DNA of 64,000 nt from an uncultured virus (IMG/VR IMGVR_UViG_3300032116_000114). Taxonomy: Duplodnaviria > Heunggongvirae > Uroviricota > Caudoviricetes. Location of the stretch: the IMG/VR virus record IMGVR_UViG_3300032116_000114, positions 1 to 64,000 of that record; one strand, written 5' to 3'. Made by a program: the position numbers and the translations under genes. Below, piece by piece: positions 58,102 through 64,000 of the stretch (positions are counted from its first letter, which is position 1; each line of letters starts with the position of its first letter). The notes below the pieces were generated by a model that saw only the letters and a program-made list of their open reading frames with translations, made no database searches and was not told the DNA's origin.

Positions 58102-58911
58102 TTATCTCCAATAGCTTTCTGCACGTCTTACGATTAAATCAGTTTTACGACTTTTACCGTAATTTTTTCTATCGCCTTTAAGGTGATCTAGATAGGCACC
58201 CCATGCACTATTAATCAAGGGATGTCCTTCTCCTTTGATCAATCCGTTGCACCAATCATTCCATTTCCATGCAGTATGTCTTTTAATTACAGATTTTCTA
58301 ACCTCGTCAAACGCCCAACAATCGTTATATTCTTTCATATTAAACAATGAGCCGCTGTCGTATACTGCTTGAAATTCTTTTATAAAAACTTGCGTAGCAG
58401 CATCACGCAGGTCCATAGAGTATAATCCACATTCTGTAAACTTATTAGGTCTGCCTAAAAATCCAAGTCCGTATCCGTCTATCATTTTATCAATGAAATG
58501 ATGTGGTATAGGTGTATGACAGACCATATCAGCATCCATCCATAATAATATATCAGCATTGCAATTGGCAGCAGCGTGGCATACTGAATATACTTTATGA
58601 CTAAATCGAATAGCATCCCATCGAAAGCCAATACCCAATTGCTTGCCTTTTCGATCTACTGGACCCTGGGGCATTTCGCCTCTAGCTTTGGGATCGTTTT
58701 TCCAACGAGTTTTAAAGGCAACTAATTCTGGAACAGAGGCATGTAGATCGTGGATCACAAGATTGTCGGCCTGTTCAGTTATATTGCAGTCTTCAGCATA
58801 GACATGCAAGGTTATGTCCTTCGGCCAGTTTTGCAAAAAAGTTTCAATCATTCTTCGGCCGTATTGTTCATAACCGGCCTTATGAAATGTGGTAACTACT
58901 GCTTTTTTCAT
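58102..58911 (-). CDS. GT-A-like glycosyltransferase
   Basis: FLQNWP, WDAIRFSHKVY, WMDAD, ECG, NDCWAFD, DHLKGDRK. Confidence 0.65.
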   Translation of the reverse strand: MKKAVVTTFHKAGYEQYGRRMIETFLQNWPKDITLHVYAEDCNITEQADNLVIHDLHASVPELVAFKTRWKNDPKARGEMPQGPVDRKGKQLGIGFRWDAIRFSHKVYSVCHAAANCNADILLWMDADMVCHTPIPHHFIDKMIDGYGLGFLGRPNKFTECGLYSMDLRDAATQVFIKEFQAVYDSGSLFNMKEYNDCWAFDEVRKSVIKRHTAWKWNDWCNGLIKGEGHPLINSAWGAYLDHLKGDRKNYGKSRKTDLIVRRAESYWR

Positions 58912-58915
58912 ATAA

Positions 58916-59581
58916 TTAATCCCAAACTTGTGTGTTAATCAAACTAATATTTCCTTCGTGCTCATTAGTAGCAGCCCCCATCATATAATTATGTATCTGT
59001 ATTTTAACTATATATTGATTGATTGCATTATCTGCAGGCAAATATGTATTGGCATAAGTTTCAACTAATTTTTTTGCGGCATGCGGATGTATTGCATACC
59101 CTCCGTTTCCAGGCATACTTGACGATCTGTAATGTACAGCCTCCGGCAATCCAGTTGGAGTGTCTAAGTAATGACGATATCTTATCATTTTGTTTGGATG
59201 GCTAAATGCTAAACTTAAAATATCGTCCCAATTAACAGGAATATAAGGACGCACTACTACAACATCGTCTTCAAATATTATAATAGATTTGTTGATTTCT
59301 ACGCACATTTGCCATAGCCTGTAATGACTGTAGAAACATCCAATTTCTCCCGCCGGCGGAATTTCATTTCGAAAACTTTCAGAATACGGCATAGTAGGAC
59401 CTTTAAAGCCCCAGGGGTGCCGCAATCTATGTTCTTCGATATATTGTTTACGAGCATCGTTTCCGTATGTTCCTTCAAATAATTCAGATTCCATATTAAA
59501 CATATCTAACGATTTTTTTAACTTCACAGCACTTGAAAAACTAGACTCTATTTGACTTAAACAAATAATATAACTCTTCAT
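58916..59581 (-). CDS. GT25 family glycosyltransferase
   Basis: YIICL, GEIGCFYSHYRLW, IFEDD, GYAIHPHAAKKL, PAD. Likely start MKSYII. Confidence 0.8.
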   Translation of the reverse strand: MKSYIICLSQIESSFSSAVKLKKSLDMFNMESELFEGTYGNDARKQYIEEHRLRHPWGFKGPTMPYSESFRNEIPPAGEIGCFYSHYRLWQMCVEINKSIIIFEDDVVVVRPYIPVNWDDILSLAFSHPNKMIRYRHYLDTPTGLPEAVHYRSSSMPGNGGYAIHPHAAKKLVETYANTYLPADNAINQYIVKIQIHNYMMGAATNEHEGNISLINTQVWD

Positions 59582-59621
59582 TTCTAATACTTTCAAACTA
59601 TATTAAAGAATTAATTCTTTT

Positions 59622-60635
59622 TCATTTTGTTTGTAGTGTCCAATCGATACCGTGTGTCTTACTATATCGATTAATATCTGCTTCAACCATCATTTTAACA
59701 AGACCGTCAAAATCAGTTTTACGTTTCCATCCTAGTACAGTTTCTGCTTTTGTAGGATTGCCGCAAAGGCTGTGCAATTCTGCAGGCCGCACAAATGCAG
59801 GATTAGTTTCAATATATTTTTGCCAATTGTCAATGCCGGCATATTTAAATGCACGTTCTAGTAAATCACCAATGGTATATTGTACTCCGGTGGCAATCAC
59901 ATAATCGCCTGGCTCAGGTTGTTGCAACATTAACCACATGGCTTCAACAAAGTCACCGGCAAATCCCCAATCACGTTTTGCATCTAAATTACCCAATGTG
60001 ATTTTGTCAGCAAGTCCCATTTTAATTTTTGCAACACCGTCTGTAATTTTTCTAGTGACAAATTCTTTGCCTCTAATAGGACTTTCATGATTAAACAAGA
60101 TTCCGTTTGATGCATGTAGACTATAACTTTCACGGAAATTTACAGTCATCCAGTATGCATACAATTTAGCAACACCATACGGACTACGTGGCCAGAACGG
60201 AGTGTGCTCGTCCTGCTGTCCTCCTGAAATTTCAATACTATTACCAAACATTTCACTGGTGCTTGCTTGATAATATCTAGTATCTGGGTTATGTTGTTTA
60301 ATTGCGTTAAGAATATTTAAAACGCCCACAGCATTAACTTCGGTAGTCATTTTATTTAGATCCCAACTAGCTCCTACAAAACTTTGTGCAGCGAGATTAT
60401 AAAATTCATTGGGTTTTAGGCTTTTTACCAAATGATTCATACATCCATCATCGGTAATATCTCCTGTAATTAATTCTACGTCGTTTTCAATTCCTAAAAA
60501 TTTAATATTATCTAAATTTGGATTTGAATAACGTTTAACTAGACCATAAACTTTATAATCTTTTTCTACAAGTAATTTAGCAAGGTACGGTCCGTCTTGA
60601 CCAGTCATCCCTGTCACAAAGGCAATTTTTTTCAT
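59622..60635 (-). CDS. gmd: GDP-mannose 4,6-dehydratase
   Basis: TGMTGQDGPYLA, YNLAAQSFV, YQASTSEMFG, PRSPYGVAKLY, GILFNHESP, FVTRKIT, LGNLDAKRDWG. Confidence 0.95.
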   Translation of the reverse strand: MKKIAFVTGMTGQDGPYLAKLLVEKDYKVYGLVKRYSNPNLDNIKFLGIENDVELITGDITDDGCMNHLVKSLKPNEFYNLAAQSFVGASWDLNKMTTEVNAVGVLNILNAIKQHNPDTRYYQASTSEMFGNSIEISGGQQDEHTPFWPRSPYGVAKLYAYWMTVNFRESYSLHASNGILFNHESPIRGKEFVTRKITDGVAKIKMGLADKITLGNLDAKRDWGFAGDFVEAMWLMLQQPEPGDYVIATGVQYTIGDLLERAFKYAGIDNWQKYIETNPAFVRPAELHSLCGNPTKAETVLGWKRKTDFDGLVKMMVEADINRYSKTHGIDWTLQTK

Positions 60636-60683
60636 AGGTTTCCTAACAGTATTAGAGTGTTTTATTTATGGTAAATTTACTGG

Positions 60684-61082
60684 TCATATTTTATTTTTCC
60701 AAACGTAATAACCTTTAGCAACTTCTCGGATTGCATAATGATCAGCCTTGAGTATTTTTTGACATTCTGCAGAAATTAATTCCGGTCCTTGAATAATAAT
60801 AGTAGGAGCAGTTCTACGCCATATTTGAGTTAATTCTGGTATGAATTTTTCTTGATTGAAATCCACAATTATAAAATCAATATCAGTGAGTAAGTGAATA
60901 TTATCAAAATTCTCTCTATAAACTGCATTTCGTTTTCGAATACGGGGTTCTAGTTCATTAACTACAAACACTGTATCAAATGTGTCAAGAAGATCCTCGA
61001 GATTTCCCAATGCTGTGCCTAGCACAAGGATATTACGTGCTTGTTTATTAGATTTTTTTAATCGTTTTGAAAATTTCATCAC
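60684..61082 (-). CDS. Hypothetical protein
   Basis: 132 aa ORF, divergent from the next gene, with a minus-strand TAAATA at 61105-61110. Confidence 0.6.
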   Translation of the reverse strand: MMKFSKRLKKSNKQARNILVLGTALGNLEDLLDTFDTVFVVNELEPRIRKRNAVYRENFDNIHLLTDIDFIIVDFNQEKFIPELTQIWRRTAPTIIIQGPELISAECQKILKADHYAIREVAKGYYVWKNKI

Positions 61083-61117
61083 AGTTATTCATTAAATACA
61101 CATATATTTATTTGACA

Positions 61118-61969
61118 ATGAAATTCAAAATTCACAAAGAAAATGGTGCATTAAACAGTGTTCCTATATTTGCAGCATTAGAGCAGGGAATACAAAAACT
61201 TGGATTTTCTGTGGTAGATCACGGTCAAGATGTTGATGTCATTTGGTCAGTATTATGGCACGGACGTATGCAACGAAACCAACTGATATACAATCAATGC
61301 CGTAAACTAAAAAAACCAGTGCTGATAATTGAAGTTGGAAATTTACGTAGGGGCGAAACATGGCGGGTCAGTTTAGACCACATACATAGCCATGGAATTT
61401 TTGGAAATACTGAAAATCTTGACAAAAATAGGCCGAGCGCAATTGGAATAGATTTAAAATTTTTTCAACAGGAAAGGAATAATAAAATTTTAATTGCCTG
61501 TCAACACGACCGTAGTCTTCAATGGGAAGGCCAACCTTCAATGGCAGAGTGGGTCCGACAAAAAATCACAGAAATTAGGAAATTTACCGATAAATCCATT
61601 GTAGTGCGACCACATCCTAGATCTCCTTTTACGCTTAATGTTCCCGGAGTAGTCATCGAAACTCCTAAAAAAATTGTTGGCAGCTACGATGCCTTTGATA
61701 TCGATTACCGCTATCACTGTGTAATCAATCACAACAGTGGTCCGGCTGTTCAAGCGGCAATTAACGGTATACCGGTGGTTTGTCACCAGTCAAGTTTGGC
61801 ATTTCCTGTCAGTGACCGTATAGAGAATATTGCCGACCCAAGTTTGCCTGATAGACAAGAATGGTTTTTAAAATTATGTCACACCGAATGGACTGTAAAC
61901 GAAATAGCCCAAGGTATACCAATCAATAGGCTTATACCAGAGTTAAAAAATTACCTAAATAATCATTGA
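61118..61969 (+). CDS. KpsS/KpsC-like GT-B protein, paralog 3
   Basis: IIEVG, ILIACQ, IRKFTDKSIVVRPHP, INHNSGPAVQAAINGIP, RQEW. Start revised to MKFKIH. Confidence 0.55.
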   Translation: MKFKIHKENGALNSVPIFAALEQGIQKLGFSVVDHGQDVDVIWSVLWHGRMQRNQLIYNQCRKLKKPVLIIEVGNLRRGETWRVSLDHIHSHGIFGNTENLDKNRPSAIGIDLKFFQQERNNKILIACQHDRSLQWEGQPSMAEWVRQKITEIRKFTDKSIVVRPHPRSPFTLNVPGVVIETPKKIVGSYDAFDIDYRYHCVINHNSGPAVQAAINGIPVVCHQSSLAFPVSDRIENIADPSLPDRQEWFLKLCHTEWTVNEIAQGIPINRLIPELKNYLNNH

Positions 61970-61994
61970 CTTTTACGAAAAAATACAGTATAGT
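61966..61994 (+). promoter_or_regulatory. Sigma70-type promoter
   Basis: TTGACT-17 nt-TATAGT, with ATG 62001 only 6 nt downstream. Confidence 0.7.
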
Positions 61995-62000
61995 ATTAAT

Positions 62001-63197
62001 ATGTCAAAGTTCTCTTACATTGAAGATCTGTTCCTTGAATTTTATAACCAAACAATTTTGGATGTAGAGATTCTAATGGATCAAGATAGTGCAGCCATGC
62101 ACAGTTTTTACAATCAGATTTCAATGGGCAATCAATTGACCGCAAATCAGGGCAATTTTTTACTAAAAATATTAGTAAAATATAAATCTCATTCTAAGAG
62201 GTTGGGAATTGACTATGGTACGTTAATCGAGTCGCCAATATGGAAAAACAGCTTTAGAAAATTAGATCTTTCTAAAAAAGTGTTTGTAGAAGAAAACAAT
62301 GACGGTGATATTTCTATCTGTTTAAAATTTCCATATTCTCTAAAAGATGTGTTTGACAAAGAATTTAACGTTAGTCAATTAAGCTACGGCGCTAGTCAAT
62401 GGGATGTTGAAAGAAAAATTAGAGTGCTAGATGTTTACAAATTTAATGTAATTCACCTAGAAGAATTTTTAAGAAAACACGAATTTGAACTCGACGAATC
62501 GTTCTTAAAATTAGTCGATAATGTTGCAGAAATTTGGAATCAACAAGAACAAATTATACCACGTGCAGAAATTGTAGATAACGATATTAGATTAATAAAT
62601 TCTACAGACGACGCACAAAATTTTTATCAAGCACATAAATTAAATAATTTTCAGCACGATTTATTTCTAGCAAAATCAATGGGCTATCCGGTGATTTTTG
62701 ATAGGCCTACAAAAACTCCTTTAGAGCGTATATGTGAATCGAGCTCTAAACATTTTTGGTTGAAAACTAACAAGGAATTTTTTGATCTTCACAAAGATAT
62801 AAACGGAATTACTTGTGTGTTAATAGATCGAAACACTCAAAATATTATCGAATGGCTTACAAAATTTATAGGCGAGGCAGATCTTGCAGGCATTCTGCGA
62901 TCCGAAATAAAAGTTTGTTTTAGAGATCCTGTAGAAAAGAAATCAAAATTAAATGAGTGGATTAAGGACAATGCACTTGGCGGCACAGTACGAGATGGAA
63001 AGATTTTAATATTTCTTCAGAAACCACCTAAGTGGTTGTTTAAAGACAACATTGATGTTAAAATAGTTATTACAAATAGCTACACACCTATCAATGAACC
63101 GACAACATCTGCATGGTTATCAGTTCATCCATGTGTTTGTTATTTGGGAGATATCAAACCTACTCCAATAAGGAAACAACAAATTGTCACTTTGTAA
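62001..63197 (+). CDS. Hypothetical protein
   Basis: 398 aa ORF upstream of the helicase; no motif recognised. Confidence 0.7.
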   Translation: MSKFSYIEDLFLEFYNQTILDVEILMDQDSAAMHSFYNQISMGNQLTANQGNFLLKILVKYKSHSKRLGIDYGTLIESPIWKNSFRKLDLSKKVFVEENNDGDISICLKFPYSLKDVFDKEFNVSQLSYGASQWDVERKIRVLDVYKFNVIHLEEFLRKHEFELDESFLKLVDNVAEIWNQQEQIIPRAEIVDNDIRLINSTDDAQNFYQAHKLNNFQHDLFLAKSMGYPVIFDRPTKTPLERICESSSKHFWLKTNKEFFDLHKDINGITCVLIDRNTQNIIEWLTKFIGEADLAGILRSEIKVCFRDPVEKKSKLNEWIKDNALGGTVRDGKILIFLQKPPKWLFKDNIDVKIVITNSYTPINEPTTSAWLSVHPCVCYLGDIKPTPIRKQQIVTL

Positions 63198-63999
63198 ACT
63201 AGTAATTCGAGATGAAGTCAACATTAAGTTAGAAGGACTTAGTGTTGAAACACGAAGAAAAATTGTTAACAAATTGAAATTTGATTTGCCTTATGCCCGT
63301 CATATGCCTGCCTTTAAACTAGGTCGATGGGATGGAACAAAAACATATTTTGGTATTGGAGGCACTGGCTATCTTGCACATCTAGACGTCATTCTACCTA
63401 TCGTTGAAGATGCTGGATATGAAATTGAAATTGATGATTTGCGCCAACATAACAAAATAGAATTTCAAGCAGTCACTGAAAACTATTGGGCAGATAAAGG
63501 CAAGACATGGCCTAAAGGGCATCCGGAAGCAGGTAAGCCCATCATTCTGAGAGATTATCAATTTGATGTTGTAAACAAGTTTTTAGAAAACCCACAATCA
63601 TTACAGGAGGTAGCAACAGGTGCAGGCAAAACGATTACTACAGCGACACTATCGCATCTTTGTGAGACGTATGGGCGTACGATGGTTATTGTTCCGAACA
63701 AATCTCTTGTTGTACAAACTGAGGAAGACTACAAAAACCTTGGACTAGATGTTGGAGTTTATTTCGGTGATAGAAAAGAATTAAACAAGACTCACACTAT
63801 ATGCACATGGCAAAGTCTTAATGTATTAGATAAGAAAAGCTATGACGACGATACGTTGTCGTTGGCGGAATTTACTGCTGGTGTATCGGCAATTATCATT
63901 GATGAAGTTCATCAAGCTAAAGCAGAAGTACTGACAAAATTGTTGACACAGAATTTTAATAACTGTGCAATCCGTTGGGGACTTACTGGAACTATACCT
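63184..63999 (+). CDS. uvsW: SF2 DNA helicase UvsW-like, 3'-truncated by the window edge; not in the supplied ORF track
   Basis: TTG start after AGGA. My translation gives MSLCKLVIRDEVNIK...MPAFKLGRWDG...LRDYQ...ATGAGKT...TWQSL...IIIDEVH...GLTGT. Confidence 0.9.
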   Translation, partial: MSLCKLVIRDEVNIKLEGLSVETRRKIVNKLKFDLPYARHMPAFKLGRWDGTKTYFGIGGTGYLAHLDVILPIVEDAGYEIEIDDLRQHNKIEFQAVTENYWADKGKTWPKGHPEAGKPIILRDYQFDVVNKFLENPQSLQEVATGAGKTITTATLSHLCETYGRTMVIVPNKSLVVQTEEDYKNLGLDVGVYFGDRKELNKTHTICTWQSLNVLDKKSYDDDTLSLAEFTAGVSAIIIDEVHQAKAEVLTKLLTQNFNNCAIRWGLTGTIP

Positions 64000-64000
64000 A

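Noticed and set aside
1..64000. Stop-codon reassignment (alternative genetic code), as seen in some large phages
   Set aside because: Long genes are uninterrupted under the standard code, and TAA, TGA (e.g. 18816) and TAG (e.g. 28960 and 33716, minus strand) all end genes at sensible positions.

Overview
This 64 kb window is part of a large T4-like (myovirus-type) dsDNA phage genome, read with the standard genetic code. Bases 1-28.7 kb form a tail-fibre/receptor-binding region. It holds three giant paralogous structural proteins, three Cys/Gly-rich paralogs interleaved with two tail-fibre chaperone paralogs, and a GT9-like / 2x SGNH-like / carbamoyltransferase block. Bases 28.7-45.8 kb carry the neck, tail and packaging genes (gp15, gp14, gp13, gp1, gp18, gp19, gp54-like, gp4, gp16-like, gp17) in a non-T4 order, plus probable internal head proteins. 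Bases 45.9-49.3 kb carry a small secreted-protein/anti-sigma-like cassette followed by gp32, uvsX and uvsY. Bases 49.3-62 kb are a ~14-gene glycan-biosynthesis island, and the window ends inside uvsW. The most unusual observations are: (i) an ECF-type promoter driving a signal-peptide protein, with an overlapping frame that resembles a DUF3619-type anti-sigma domain; (ii) a Cys-rich fibre-tip triad next to modifying enzymes; (iii) phycobiliprotein-like C-x-R-D repeats in the tail fibres; (iv) loop-inserted D-S-T motifs that may be virion glycosylation sites; (v) systematic TAAATA-N5-ATG leaderless late genes. All family assignments come from motif recognition by eye; no database searches were run. 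No tRNA, rRNA, CRISPR array or mobile element was recognised.
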